Shown: positions 22,777-34,194, counted from the stretch's first letter. The stretch is 64,000 bases of DNA from an uncultured cyanobacterium (GCA_963710605.1 CAVQBA010000007.1:224001-288000), one strand, 5' to 3'. The notes: generated by a model from the sequence alone, not told the origin. Numbers and translations: made by a program.

Positions 22777-23038
22777 ATGACAGAGTACAAAATAGAGTTT
22801 TTAAGAAAAACAAAAAAACAACTGTCACTCATTACCTTTCAACATTCAAAAACAGATTAGCAAAAGAATTGAATCACTAAAAATCGATCCTTATCCTGCT
22901 GATATTAAGCAATTAAAAAATTGTAATGGTCTTTTTAGAATTAGAGTTGGGGACTATAGAATTATTTATAGAATCAAGAATGAAATATTAGTTATTGTGG
23001 TAATTAAAATTGGACATCGTAGTAAAGTTTATCGGTAA
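22777..23038 (+). pseudogene. relE: RelE/ParE toxin, frameshifted near 22827
   Basis: MTEYKIEFLRKTKKQLS then, in another frame, LPFNIQKQISKRIESLKIDPYP...FRIRVGDYRIIY...IGHRSKVYR*. Confidence 0.8.
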
Positions 23039-23072
23039 ATAATTATTTAGTAAAAAGTTTTGTCGTCAATCT

Positions 23073-23140
23073 GTAGGTTGGGTTAAGCCTAAAAACTTAG
23101 AGATACATTCGATACATAAAACCAAAGCGAAACCCAACAC
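23073..23140 (+). repeat. ~68-bp GTAG-type repeat, copy 1
   Basis: GTAGGTTGGGTT...GATACATTCGATACAT...GCGAAACCCAAC; second copy at 24041. Confidence 0.85.
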
Positions 23141-23476
23141 TCAATACTAGTATGGAAAAGGTGAATCGATTTCATAACCGAGCGACAAATCATCAAAAAT
23201 TTTTTTAGAGCGAAAAATAGGATAGTTAGGACATAATATAAAAAGTTAAAAGACATCTCCATAAATTTATAATAGCGATCGTACTTAGTTTCAATAACAA
23301 GACTCAAGTATTACAAATATTTGACTAATAATAATAATCGCACTTGGAAATAAAATAAAAAATAGTTTTAAACTTGTTGACTCAAGATTTACTTTATTCC
23401 AAATATTTGAGCTTAATAATCCAAATATAATTAAGATTAATCCTATTAAAAATGTTAAAATGTTTTGTTTACACAT
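23089..23476 (-). CDS. Hypothetical membrane protein, probably one gene split near 23305
   Basis: Overlapping hydrophobic ORFs 23291-23476 and 23089-23307, very low GC; the 3' end runs into the repeat. Confidence 0.45.
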
Positions 23477-23858
23477 TGTATATATATTTAAAAAAGAACC
23501 AGTAACTAGAAAATAAAGTTATTGGTATATAGTCAAGTATGTACAAAATTTCTGTTAGGTTATTTTCACTCAATTTTCTGACAAAAACATCAATTGAGAA
23601 AGAAATAGCTCCTAGAAATCCCGCTCCAGATAACATAATAAGACTATATCTATCAAAAAAATTATGACAATAGAGAAAATAACGAAACAAAAGGATTACT
23701 ACAGTGTTATAGATAAGATTATGAAGTATTTCTGAATAGTAATGTATATTTTTACTGTTTGTTTTTATATAGTACTTTACATTTATTATCAAAAACGCAA
23801 AAATATGCCAAATTATTAGTATGATTAGTGTTTTGAATAATTCTATTTGTGTACACAT
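23469..23858 (-). CDS. Hypothetical multi-pass membrane protein
   Basis: 129 aa, about four hydrophobic segments, very low GC. Confidence 0.55.
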   Translation of the reverse strand: MCTQIELFKTLIILIIWHIFAFLIINVKYYIKTNSKNIHYYSEILHNLIYNTVVILLFRYFLYCHNFFDRYSLIMLSGAGFLGAISFSIDVFVRKLSENNLTEILYILDYIPITLFSSYWFFFKYIYNV

Positions 23859-23864
23859 AAAATA

Positions 23865-24050
23865 TCAATATTTATAAACTATAGTGATGTTACCTAGTGC
23901 ATAGGAATCATTAACTAATATAGAGGGGTCAAATTCGGTAATTGTATCGTTATCGATCGTATCATTACCACTCCAGATTTCTACAAACTCGTCATGAAGG
24001 GTAAAGTTTGCTCGTTCAAAAAAGAAAGGATAACGCTCTTGTAGGTTGGG
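23865..24050 (-). pseudogene. Start-less C-terminal fragment of a larger protein
   Basis: 61 sense codons ...QERYPFFFERANFTLHDEFVEIWSG...YALGNITIVYKY*, ending 6 nt before the next ATG. Confidence 0.4.
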
Positions 24051-24109
24051 TTAAAGCCCTAAAACTAGGAGATACATTCGATACATAACATGAAAGCGAA
24101 ACCCAACAC
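24041..24109 (+). repeat. ~68-bp GTAG-type repeat, copy 2
   Basis: Same orientation as and similar to 23073-23140. Confidence 0.85.
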
Positions 24110-24367
24110 CAAACAACCTTAAAAATATAGATAAATTATAATTGACAAAAGTGCTAATTTGTGCATCAAAACAAGAGTTAAAATTTTAAGTATAAGAGAT
24201 GTCAACCACCCCTAACCCCTCCTTCAAAGGAGGGGGAATTTCATTCAACTGTTCAAAACAACTAGTTTACTGCTATAAATTAATCTTAATGATGACAATC
24301 TAGCCTCGATCGATGAATAATAGTTATGAATGAATAATCACTATTAGCAGAAAAAATATTATCATCA

Positions 24368-25821
24368 ATGACCTCGATTTTAGAGTTACACAAACTAATC
24401 CAAAGCAAACAACGATCGGCAGTAGAAATTACTCAAGAATATCTACAACGAATTGAAAAATTAGAGCCTCAATTAAAAAGTTTTTTATCTATTACTAACG
24501 AATTAGCTTTACAAACTGCTAAACAAGTTGACGAAAAAGTCAGTAAAGGAGAAGAAATTGGTTTACTAGCAGGTATCCCCATTGCAATTAAGGATAATAT
24601 GTCCACCAAGGGAATTCAAACAACTTGCGGTAGTAGAATTTTAGAAAATTTTATCCCTAGTTATGAATCTACTGTTACCGAAAAATTAATGATGCAAGGT
24701 GCTGTCATTGTCGGTAAAACTAATTTAGATGAATTTGCGATGGGTAGCTCAACGGAGAATTCGGGCTATCAAGTTACTGCAAATCCTTGGGATACATCCC
24801 GTGTACCCGGTGGCTCTTCTGGTGGCTCAGCGGCGGCTGTAGCAGGTAATGAGGCGTTAATTTCTTTAGGATCGGATACGGGTGGCTCTATTCGTCAACC
24901 TGCCTCTTTTTGTGGTGTTGTCGGTTTAAAGCCTACTTATGGTTTAGTGTCTCGTTTTGGTTTGGTGGCTTATGCTTCTTCTTTAGATCAAATTGGACCA
25001 TTTTCTCATACTGTTGAAGATGCTGCTATTTTACTACAAGCGATCGCAGGATACGACAAAAAAGATTCTACTAGTTTGAAAGTCGATATTCCTGATTATC
25101 GTCAATCTTTTACTACCGATTTAAAAGGTTTAAAAATTGGTGTAATTAAAGAGACTTTTGGTGAAGGCTTAGATGATGTGGTTGCCGATAGTATTAACCA
25201 AAGTATCAAAGAATTAGAAAAGTTAGGAGCAACCGTTACTGAAATTTCTTGCCCTCGTTTCCGTTATGGTTTACCAATTTATTACATTATTGCACCTGCC
25301 GAAGCCTCTGCTAATTTAGCTCGTTATGATGCGGTTAAATACGGTATTAGAGATGGTGAAGCCGAGAATTTGTTGGATATGTACACCAAAACTAGAGCGA
25401 AAGGTTTTGGGGCGGAAGTCAAACGTCGAATTATGTTAGGTACTTATACTTTGTCTGCTGGTTATTATGATGCTTATTATCTTAAAGCTCAAAAAGTACG
25501 TACTTTAATTAAAGCAAGACTTCGATCGAGCTTTTGCTGATGTGGATGTTTTAATTACGCCCAACTGCACCTACTACTGCATTTAAGGCAGGAGAGAAAA
25601 CAGATGATCCCCTTAGTATGTATTTATCAGATTTAATGACGATTCCTGTCAATTTAGCAGGTTTACCAGGGATGAGTCTTCCTTGCGGATTTGATGAGAA
25701 TAATTTACCGATCGGGATGCAATTGATTGGTAATGTTTTAAATGAGGAAGTGTTATTTAAAGTTGGTTATGCTTACCAACAAGTTACCGACTGGCATAAT
25801 AAAAAACCAAATCTTAGTTAA
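24368..25821 (+). CDS. gatA: Asp/Glu-tRNA amidotransferase subunit A, two 1-nt insertions (~25513, ~25561)
   Basis: Amidase signature [49 protein letters not shown]. Confidence 0.96.
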
Positions 25822-25823
25822 TT

Positions 25824-25844
25824 GTAGGGTGGGCAATGCCCACC
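25824..25844 (+). repeat. GTAG-type REP-like palindrome; related copies at 37413-37433, 61020-61040, 62117-62137
   Basis: GTAGGGTGGGCAATGCCCACC. Confidence 0.85.
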
Positions 25845-25911
25845 ATATTTTTTCTCGCTTTTTCTGTGTATTGTTTATGTTTTTTTTGAATAGAATAATA
25901 TAGATATTTGA

Positions 25912-26528
25912 TTAACATTGGCTGTTATTAATACTTCCATCGGGCATGATAGTATCTTTGAAAATAGTCTTTTTAAAAATAACTCTTTCACAAATCAAAT
26001 CGCCACTGTTAAAAGTTCCCAACTCGCACCCAGTAAAATTAGCTTTAGTCAAATCGGCTTCGGAAAAATCGGTTTCCATAAAAGAAGCGTTGGTGAAATC
26101 GGCTTCAGTCAGATTAGCAGTATTAAACCAAGCCCCTTGCACTTGACTTCCTCTCAAATTAGCTCTACTTAAATTAGTGTCAACAAAACAAACCTCTGCT
26201 AAATTAGCTCTACTAAGATTTGCTCCAATCAATTGGTTCTATGACAAGTCGCTTTTTCCAAGTTAGAATCGCTCAAGTCAGCCCCATTCAAGTCAGCCTC
26301 TTCAAAATGGGCATAACATAAGTCAAGTCCACTTAGAATAGCATGACTGAAATTGACTTGATGACAATGGAGAATAATACTTCTCAAATCACTAAATCTA
26401 AAATCAGCCCCGCTCAAGTTGATACCCATAAAATCTTCCCTATGAGTATGAGCAATTTCAATTTTAGTGAAGTCTCTTTCTCCAGCAGAACATCTTCTAA
26501 GCAATTCTTCAATAGTCATCTCGTTCAT
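25912..26528 (-). CDS. Pentapeptide repeat protein, frameshift near 26230
   Basis: EELLRRCSAGERDF N-terminus, A[DN]L[ST] repeats, TIMPDG C-terminus. Confidence 0.85.
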
Positions 26529-26950
26529 AGTTTTTATCTTCTTAATAATTAATTAACTAAAATCATAATCTTAATAATATTTATAAATTTCCACTGTAAG
26601 TATCGAGATTTTTAGGATTAAAGGATTTGCTGGATTGCTACTTATTATGTATCGATTTAGGTTGTGAATCGATCGAATTGTTTAGAAAATTAAAGAATTA
26701 AAAAAAGAAAAAGTCCTGCTAATCCATCAATCCTGTCTAAGTAATGATTAAGACAGTTGAGTATAATAATTTCAATTTAAGCGAATAACATTTACTTAAT
26801 CTTTTTACCGAAAAAGTCGATCGTTATCTTCCTTAGTAATCATTAGACATTTGGTAATAACTATTCAATAAGGGTCAAAACCCTAAACGATCGAACCGAT
26901 AATAAATCTTTTGTGTGAGTATAAGTAGTTTGGATTTTAATTAATTATTT

Positions 26951-27337
26951 TTATTCCCACAAAGTTTGAATCGGATAATCCGTGAAATTACTATCTCTAC
27001 TAATTAAAATTAGCGATCTTTCTATTGCTTGAACAATCAACATTCTATCAAAAGGATCTCTATGATACAAAGGTAAACTAGAAAGTCTTTTGGTGTCGTT
27101 AAAAGATATTGGTAATAAAATAATATCTGATGAATTTAATTCGATTTCAATTTGCTCATAATCTTTTTGAAGAGATAATTTACCAATATTTACCTTAATA
27201 GCAATTTCCCAAAGACTAACAATACTAAGGTAAACAGTCTCGGCTCGATCGATTTTACTTCGTAAATTAGCTGACATATTAGAATCATTTTCCGATAACC
27301 AAACAAAAGCATGAGTATCTAATAGAAAATTTGTCAT
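26951..27337 (-). CDS. vapC: VapC (PIN domain) toxin
   Basis: LLDTHAFVW, SLWEIAIK, HRDPFDRMLIVQA. Confidence 0.93.
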   Translation of the reverse strand: MTNFLLDTHAFVWLSENDSNMSANLRSKIDRAETVYLSIVSLWEIAIKVNIGKLSLQKDYEQIEIELNSSDIILLPISFNDTKRLSSLPLYHRDPFDRMLIVQAIERSLILISRDSNFTDYPIQTLWE

Positions 27338-27567
27338 GACATATATTCTTTAAAATCTTCTTCTAAAGGCTCATCAAAATCATCAGGTAATGGCAACACA
27401 AATGTTCCTTCTAAAATACCCGAACGTCGCTTCTTTGTCTGCTTTCGTAGTTCAGAATTATTTGGGCTATGTTTCTCTTGTAAATATTGAGCATAATGCA
27501 ACAATTCTTCTTGAAGAGAGTGAGGCATTTGTTGTAAGGTTTTTAATATTTGAGTTTCGATATCCAT
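27334..27567 (-). CDS. DUF2281-type antitoxin
   Basis: LQEELLHYAQYL...RRSGILEG...LPDDFDEPLE; ATGA overlap with vapC. Confidence 0.85.
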   Translation of the reverse strand: MDIETQILKTLQQMPHSLQEELLHYAQYLQEKHSPNNSELRKQTKKRRSGILEGTFVLPLPDDFDEPLEEDFKEYMS

Positions 27568-27932
27568 AGTTTTGATTTATTTTTTAAGATTCGATCGCTT
27601 ATTAGTAAATATTGTCTCTAAATCCATTTTATTTGCGTTTAATCAAGTTAATCAAACTCCTTCAAAAAACAATGAAGATTTAGATTTAATTATCGTAAAA
27701 ACGATCGTTATCGATCATGAAGGGAAAAAAAAGTAAGGTAATTTCTACCAATAAAAATACCCAGAGCAATTATTATAAGTTTTGTTTTAAAAAAAATAGC
27801 TCTCCTCTCCTCGCAGGAGAGGGGTTGGGGGTGAGGTTGAATAAAAATGAGGCTGATACTTTTTTTCATGGGAATGTCGTAAGTAGTAAACTAAAGCAAA
27901 AAATTACTTTTAGTTACCACATTAACTACATC

Positions 27933-29726
27933 CTATTCAATATTAATTTTATAAGGTAGAATACTGTAAACTTGAGCGGGATTTTCGAGCATTTGCTTGA
28001 GTTGTAACTCGGTTTGCGAAGCTAAAATCATCTTAGTTAAAGTTTCTTTATCGATTACATTACCGTTGATGTTAGTACCAGCCAGTTTATTTAAAAATTC
28101 TGTTTCAAAATTTTTAGGTGCGGGATAACTTGAAATTTTGTATTTATTATTCAAACCGAGTTTTTGGTTAAGATATCCTATACTTTCACTTAAGCCACCT
28201 ATCTCATCAACTAAGCCGTTTTCAATTGCGGATTTACCTGACCAAACTCTACCTTGAGCAATTTCTTGTACTTGTGTTTTTGGTAAATTTCTTGCCGTGG
28301 CAACTTTATCTAAAAATAAGTCATAAATACGATCGACACTATCTTGATATACTGCTATTTCTGCATCAGTTTTTTCTTGGAAAATATTACCAATATCAGC
28401 AAATTCATTTGTTTTAACAACGTCGTTATTGACACCATTTTCTTGGGCAATATCTCTAACATTGAATAAGACACCAAATACACCGATCGAGCCTGTGATA
28501 CTAGTCTCACTCGCAAATATTTTTTCTCCTGCTGTGGCAATCCAATAACCCCCAGATGCGGCAACATCCCCCATCGAAACAACCACTGGTTTTTCTTTAG
28601 CTGTTAATTGTAATTCTCTTAAAATTAATTCTGAAGCAACTGCACTTCCTCCTGGGCTATTTATTCTAGCGACAACGCCTTTAATATTTTTATTTTTACG
28701 AATTTTACGAATTTCATTGATATAACGACTACTACCAACTTGCCCTGTTTGCCCTTCACCATCAACTATTGCCCCTTCTAGATAAAGGATTGCTATTTGA
28801 TTGTCATTATATTTATTAGCAGTAGGATTAGCGTTGAGATAGGTTTTGATATCTACTTGACGAAAATTATCTTTTGTTTGACTATTGGTTAATGTTTTTA
28901 AGCGATCGATTATTTCATCTTGATAACTAACTTGATCGATTAATTTTAATTGTTGTGCTTCAGTGCTTGGTAAAATACCTTGTTTGTCAGCAATTGTATC
29001 TAATCTGTCTGGTTTAATCTCACGATTTTGGGTAACAGTATCTAAATACGAATCCCAAATATTATCTAATAATTCGGCAGTTTGTAATTTGCTTTCGCCA
29101 CTAAAATCAGTGCGAGTAAAAGGCTCAATTGCTGACTTATATTTACCTACTCTAATAATTTGTACACCAATACCATATTTATCAAAAGCATTAGCAAAGA
29201 ATAACTGCGAACTAGCTAAACCATTTACTTCCATCACTCCCATCGGATTGAGATTAATTTCATCGGCAACAGAAGTTAAAAAATAATCTTTTTCTCCTGC
29301 CGAGATATTGTAAGCAATAACTTTTTTACCACTTTCACGAAATTTTGCTAGAGCATTTCTAATTTCAGTTAAGGTAGCATAACCATTTAAAATATTACCT
29401 TTTGTACCATCTAAATAGATAGCTGTAATACGATCGTCTGTAGTTGCTTGAGCGATCGCTGTGGTAATCTGATTTAATGTTAAAACGTTATTGTTACTGA
29501 TTAATAAAGGAATATTTTCGGTTACTTGATAATCACTAATCTGACTACTAAGATCAAATACTAGAGCCGATTGATTTTCGATTTTAGCGGTTGTATTGTT
29601 GTTGCTACTCATTACCAGTGCAATTAACAAAACTACAAAACCTCCTCCAGTTAAAAGGAAAAATAACAATATCCCTGCAAAACTACCGATTGTACTACTG
29701 AGGACTTGTTGTAGAAATTTTTTCAT
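27933..29726 (-). CDS. sppA: Signal peptide peptidase A, 67K type
   Basis: RVGKYKSAIEPF, RINSPGGSA, SMGDVAASGGYW, TGSIGVFG, AQGRVWSG. Confidence 0.96.
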   Translation of the reverse strand: MKKFLQQVLSSTIGSFAGILLFFLLTGGGFVVLLIALVMSSNNNTTAKIENQSALVFDLSSQISDYQVTENIPLLISNNNVLTLNQITTAIAQATTDDRITAIYLDGTKGNILNGYATLTEIRNALAKFRESGKKVIAYNISAGEKDYFLTSVADEINLNPMGVMEVNGLASSQLFFANAFDKYGIGVQIIRVGKYKSAIEPFTRTDFSGESKLQTAELLDNIWDSYLDTVTQNREIKPDRLDTIADKQGILPSTEAQQLKLIDQVSYQDEIIDRLKTLTNSQTKDNFRQVDIKTYLNANPTANKYNDNQIAILYLEGAIVDGEGQTGQVGSSRYINEIRKIRKNKNIKGVVARINSPGGSAVASELILRELQLTAKEKPVVVSMGDVAASGGYWIATAGEKIFASETSITGSIGVFGVLFNVRDIAQENGVNNDVVKTNEFADIGNIFQEKTDAEIAVYQDSVDRIYDLFLDKVATARNLPKTQVQEIAQGRVWSGKSAIENGLVDEIGGLSESIGYLNQKLGLNNKYKISSYPAPKNFETEFLNKLAGTNINGNVIDKETLTKMILASQTELQLKQMLENPAQVYSILPYKINIE

Positions 29727-29922
29727 AAATTTTGTTGATATTAGGAGAATGATTAAATTAAGTTTTTGTCTGAGGCTATCTTAATAACTATTCTAAATCA
29801 ATAGTTTAGATGAATACATTATCTCGATCGATTTATTCTTGATTAGATTAAGTTTGTTTTAATATAGCTTTTTTCGTATTTACAAGATACACAAAAAATG
29901 GTAGGTCTCCCGAATATGGGGG

Positions 29923-30108
29923 CAGGGCTGTTTCATGTCTTATTTTTGTATTTTCTAAAACTAAGAAATAGCAGTAAATGGATCGCAGTTTTTTTCTAAT
30001 CGTAAAAACACAATGTAACCAAATTGCTCGATCGTACGTAGTTATAGCTTCTAGCTATTTATTTTGAGCAGATAGCTATTTTTGGCGAACGAGAATAAAT
30101 CAGCACTG
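29923..30108 (+). mobile_element. ~185-bp MITE with CAGGG ends (ISAs1-like TIR), copy 1
   Basis: Left end CAGGGCTGTTTCAT, right end ATAAATCAGCACTG; homologous to 47634-47793 and, reversed, 52952-53065. Confidence 0.75.
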
Positions 30109-30328
30109 CGAGCGAACATGGGGGAGATGAGTAGGGGATTAATGGATCTAACTTACGAATCGATCGCTCTTTCAGTCGATCGTCTTTTTACTCAAAATAA
30201 ACTATTACAATAGTAATTAATTTAGAACCAAATAGCTAATTGAGAGCAAAAACTGGAACAATAATGTTTGCCTTCGAGTCATAAACTGATTAAGCTACAA
30301 AACCCCTATCACCTATTTATTATGTACT

Positions 30329-31774
30329 ATGAGTAAAAATCTTTGGTCAAAAATTGCAATTAGCCTACTTACTTGCCTCAGTCAAACCCTAGTTTTTTTT
30401 CCTGCTTCTGCGGCTACTGACGGTTATTGTAAATTAGATGGTCAAAGTATCAATAGTAAAAACAACCTCCGAGAATTAACCATTAAGGGGGATATTTCAG
30501 CTCAAAAAGAATACAAACAGATAATTCAACAACATAGTCAACAGTTAAATAATTGTCGTGGTAACAATTGGTTAAAAGAACAAGCTATCTGGGTAAGACT
30601 TTATCCTTGTGATGTGAAAGCAGGCTCGATCGAAAAAGTATTAGATCAAATAGTTAACCTTGGTTACAATACTATTTATCTAGAAGTATTTTTTAATGGT
30701 CAAGTATTGTTACCTAAAAATAATAATAATACTGCTTGGCCAAGTGTTGTCGATACTCCAGGTTACGAAAAAAGAGATTTATACGCCGAAACGTTAAAAC
30801 TTGGCAGAGAAAGAGGTTTAAAAGTTTATGCTTGGATGTTTTCGCTTAATTTTGGTTACGGCTATTCTACTAAACCGAGTAAGCAATCAGTTTTGGCAAT
30901 TAATGGTAAAGGACAAAATAGTATAGATGTAGTTCACGATCGCTCACAGCTATTTGTTGACCCCTACAATAGCCAAGCTAGACAAGATTATACTCAGATG
31001 TTACAAGCTATTTTACAACGTCGTCCTGATGGTGTTTTATTCGACTATATCCGTTATCCTCGTGGTAGTGGTAGCGAATCTGTGGCGGGTAATGTCAAAG
31101 ATTTATGGATTTACAGTCCAGCATCCAAACAAGCATTATTAAATCGTGCTTTAAATCAACAAGGAAAATGGTTACTAGCCAGATATATAGATAAAGGTGG
31201 TATTAATAGTAGCGATTTAGCACAAATGAAGAGTTTGTATCCCGATGAAGATGGCCCTTTATGGCAAGGAAGAAACCCTAATAGTTCTAATAGTTTAAGC
31301 AACTTACAAATTGATATTTGGTATTTTACTGTTGCTCATGCGGCTCAAGGTGTAATTGATTTTTTAGATTTTGTTTCTGGGCAAGTATATCAAAGGGGTA
31401 TTAATAGCGGTGCTGTATTTTTTCCTGATGGTAACAAAGTAGTTGGTAATATCGGTTTTGATTCTCGTTTACAACCTTGGGACAGTTTTTCTCCTAGCTT
31501 AGAATGGCACGCTATGTCTTATGCTTTGTGTGGTAATCCTGATTGTATTGTCAAACAAGTTAAACGAGTTACAAAGATAAATCCTAATAGCAACAAAGTT
31601 AAACCTGTTTTAGCTGGTTTTTGGGGCAGACAAGACGGAAAACGTCCTTCTTTAGAGTCTCAGATGCAAGCAATTAGATATGCAGATAAATCGATCGATT
31701 CGATTAGTCATTTTGCCTATTCTTGGCTTGAAGTTGAACATACCAAAGAAAGACAAAGTTGTAGTTTTCCTTAA
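30329..31774 (+). CDS. Secreted glycoside hydrolase family 10-like (DUF187) protein
   Basis: Signal peptide; WVRLYPCD, GYNTIYLEVF, GLKVYAW, PDGVLFDYIRYP. Confidence 0.8.
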   Translation: MSKNLWSKIAISLLTCLSQTLVFFPASAATDGYCKLDGQSINSKNNLRELTIKGDISAQKEYKQIIQQHSQQLNNCRGNNWLKEQAIWVRLYPCDVKAGSIEKVLDQIVNLGYNTIYLEVFFNGQVLLPKNNNNTAWPSVVDTPGYEKRDLYAETLKLGRERGLKVYAWMFSLNFGYGYSTKPSKQSVLAINGKGQNSIDVVHDRSQLFVDPYNSQARQDYTQMLQAILQRRPDGVLFDYIRYPRGSGSESVAGNVKDLWIYSPASKQALLNRALNQQGKWLLARYIDKGGINSSDLAQMKSLYPDEDGPLWQGRNPNSSNSLSNLQIDIWYFTVAHAAQGVIDFLDFVSGQVYQRGINSGAVFFPDGNKVVGNIGFDSRLQPWDSFSPSLEWHAMSYALCGNPDCIVKQVKRVTKINPNSNKVKPVLAGFWGRQDGKRPSLESQMQAIRYADKSIDSISHFAYSWLEVEHTKERQSCSFP

Positions 31775-31829
31775 TCGATCGATTTTCATCCGTAAAGACG
31801 TTGCGTTGTAACGCCTGTTTGTCCATTAA

Positions 31830-32939
31830 TTACTCTTGTTTTTCCTCACCGTAAAAAGGAAAATCAGTATAACCTTTTTTACCAAAAGAATACCAAACAT
31901 CCATTTCAGCAGGAGGATTCAATTCCCAATCATTAGCAAAACGTTCAACTAGATCAGGATTACTAATAAATGGTCGCCCAAAAGCAATCAAATCAGCCGA
32001 TTCATTATCGATCGCTTTAATGGCTTTTTCCTTGGTATAACCGCAGTTACCCATCAACACACCATCAAAAAGATTTCTAAAATGGCTAAGAGTCATCGGC
32101 TCACCTAATTCATGGAAACCAAAACCTAAGCCATCAATTACATGAAGATAACCTAAACCATGTTTACTTAATTGTTCAGCTACATAGGTAAAAGTTTCTT
32201 TGTAATCAGGTGAGCCCATATCATTAAAATTACCATTAGGTGAAATACGTACACCAATACGATGAGCTGGAAAAATTTCTAACACAGCTTCTACTACTTC
32301 ATCTAAGAAACGGTATCTATTTTCGATACTACCACCATATTTATCGTTACGCTGATTAGTTTTCGATTGCAAAAACTGATCAATTAAATAACCATTTGCC
32401 GCATGAATTTCTACGCCATCAAATCCTGCTTCTAATGCTCGATCGGCTGCTTTTCGGTATTCTCGGATAATTGGTCTAATTTCATCTGTTTCTAATACTC
32501 TAGGTGTTTCATAACTTTGTTTTCCTTCTGGTGTGTGGATATAGTCTCCATTAAGCTTAATGGCTGATGGTGCGACAGGTAATCCTAAATGAGGGTGAAA
32601 ATCACTATGAGAAGCTCTTCCACAATGCCATAGTTGCATGAAAATGAGTGATTCTTGCTGATGAACTGCTTCAGTTACCTGTTGCCAAGCCTCCATTTGC
32701 TCATCATTATAAATACCCGGACTATGTTCCCAGCCTATTCCTTGCTCAGAAATAACGGTTGCTTCGGTAATTAATAATCCTGCCGATGCCCTTTGTTGAT
32801 AATATGTTGCCATAATTGGGTTGGCTATACGTTTTTCTCCTGCCCTAGATCGAGTTAAAGGAGCAAGAACGATTCTATTATCGAGTGTTAAATCACCTAT
32901 GGTTACAGGTTGATGTAGAGAAGAAACCATCTTATTCAA
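31830..32939 (-). CDS. Old yellow enzyme family alkene reductase (NemA-like)
   Basis: APLTRSRA, GFDGVEIHAANGYLIDQFL, AFGRPFISNPDL. Confidence 0.95.
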   Translation of the reverse strand: MNKMVSSLHQPVTIGDLTLDNRIVLAPLTRSRAGEKRIANPIMATYYQQRASAGLLITEATVISEQGIGWEHSPGIYNDEQMEAWQQVTEAVHQQESLIFMQLWHCGRASHSDFHPHLGLPVAPSAIKLNGDYIHTPEGKQSYETPRVLETDEIRPIIREYRKAADRALEAGFDGVEIHAANGYLIDQFLQSKTNQRNDKYGGSIENRYRFLDEVVEAVLEIFPAHRIGVRISPNGNFNDMGSPDYKETFTYVAEQLSKHGLGYLHVIDGLGFGFHELGEPMTLSHFRNLFDGVLMGNCGYTKEKAIKAIDNESADLIAFGRPFISNPDLVERFANDWELNPPAEMDVWYSFGKKGYTDFPFYGEEKQE

Positions 32940-33101
32940 TCTTAATTTACTGTTATTGATTTTAACATTGAAGCAAGGTATTGTATTGTTCGATTTGATG
33001 ATATTAAGAGCTGTAAGCTTTTAGCGTTTAACTCTTAGCTCTTAGCTCTTTACTTTTACATTCGGTGCCTGTTACCTCTTTTAACTATTCTTTGTTCACT
33101 G

Positions 33102-33492
33102 TCAAAGTTTTTGGCAATCTTCACATAAGCCATAAAATTCTAACGTGTGATAATATAATTTGAATTTTTCTTCTGCTAAAACATGATGATGACCATCAAC
33201 AATACAGGTTTTTTCTTCAATTAACTCTGATTTACCACAATCAATACAGTTTAAATGGTGGGTATGACGATCGATTCGATTGATATAAAGACTCTCCATT
33301 TTGGGTGATTCTTTCTTGGATAATACCCTGTAAATGTAAATTCTTTAACGTTCTATAAACTGTCGCTAATCCTATTTTTGATTTTTGTTGGCGTAATTGA
33401 AGATGTAAATCTTGGGCTGTAATTTCAGTATTTACTTCCTGCAATAAATTGAAAATTTTTTGCTGATTTTTAGTCAACCTTTCTCTCTTCAT
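33102..33492 (-). CDS. Fur-family regulator, Zur-like, frameshift near 33280
   Basis: IGLATVYRTL, HHLNCIDCG, YHTLEFYGLCEDC; resembles cyanobacterial Zur/FurB. Confidence 0.88.
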
Positions 33493-33501
33493 TGATTGTA
33501 C

Positions 33502-34194
33502 TTAATATTCAATACTCTTTAATATTAATCGATCGTTGTAAGGGTTATAGAGAGTATAAGTTGCTTTATGAGCATATTTACCTACATTCCCGACACCAAT
33601 AATCTTTTTCTGTTTTACTTCTCTTGTATCACTAGATTGAGTATCTAAGGTGGTTATTGTTGAATTCAAACTAGCTTGTTGTAATTGATATTCGTATAAT
33701 AAAGACGATCGTCCTGAAAACAAATAATTTACATTCATCCTTTGTAACCGATCCAAAATCATCCAAGGAGAACTATCAGGAGTTAGAGCCTCACTGACAT
33801 TGACACTTGTACCATGAATTAAAAGACAATCAAACTCGACAAAACCAAAGTCTAAATTACGAATCCATTCTACCGTCGATCGAGGTACATAATCCCATAA
33901 TTCTTTAGTAGCTTCCATACCATATTCATTGATTAACTCTTCAGGATTAGCGACACTACCCAAACCATGTAAAATCAAACATTGTTCTTCCCACCAACCA
34001 CGACAGACATGGGTAGCCAGAGAATTACTAGGGTTACGAATAGCATCAATTACTTTTTCATTATCAGGAGACAAACCGATTACATCTCCTAAAATATAGA
34101 TCTCTTCCACCGCTACTTTTTGACGATGAATATCCTTTACAACAGCTTGATAAGCTGAGAAATTTCCTTCAATTCCGCTTAATATTGCCCACAT
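33502..34194 (-). CDS. Degenerate metallophosphoesterase-family protein
   Basis: Calcineurin-like motifs altered: SGIEGN, LGDVIG, RGWWEE, IHG, SGRS. Confidence 0.8.
   Translation of the reverse strand: MWAILSGIEGNFSAYQAVVKDIHRQKVAVEEIYILGDVIGLSPDNEKVIDAIRNPSNSLATHVCRGWWEEQCLILHGLGSVANPEELINEYGMEATKELWDYVPRSTVEWIRNLDFGFVEFDCLLIHGTSVNVSEALTPDSSPWMILDRLQRMNVNYLFSGRSSLLYEYQLQQASLNSTITTLDTQSSDTREVKQKKIIGVGNVGKYAHKATYTLYNPYNDRLILKSIEY

Noticed and set aside
24368-25821. gatA as a true pseudogene or programmed frameshift
   Set aside because: Normally essential gene, no slippery-site structure seen, and the same 1-nt indel pattern occurs throughout the window
27717-27959. 80-aa plus-strand ORF
   Set aside because: Runs through a REP-like repeat (SPLLAGEGLGVR) and overlaps the sppA end
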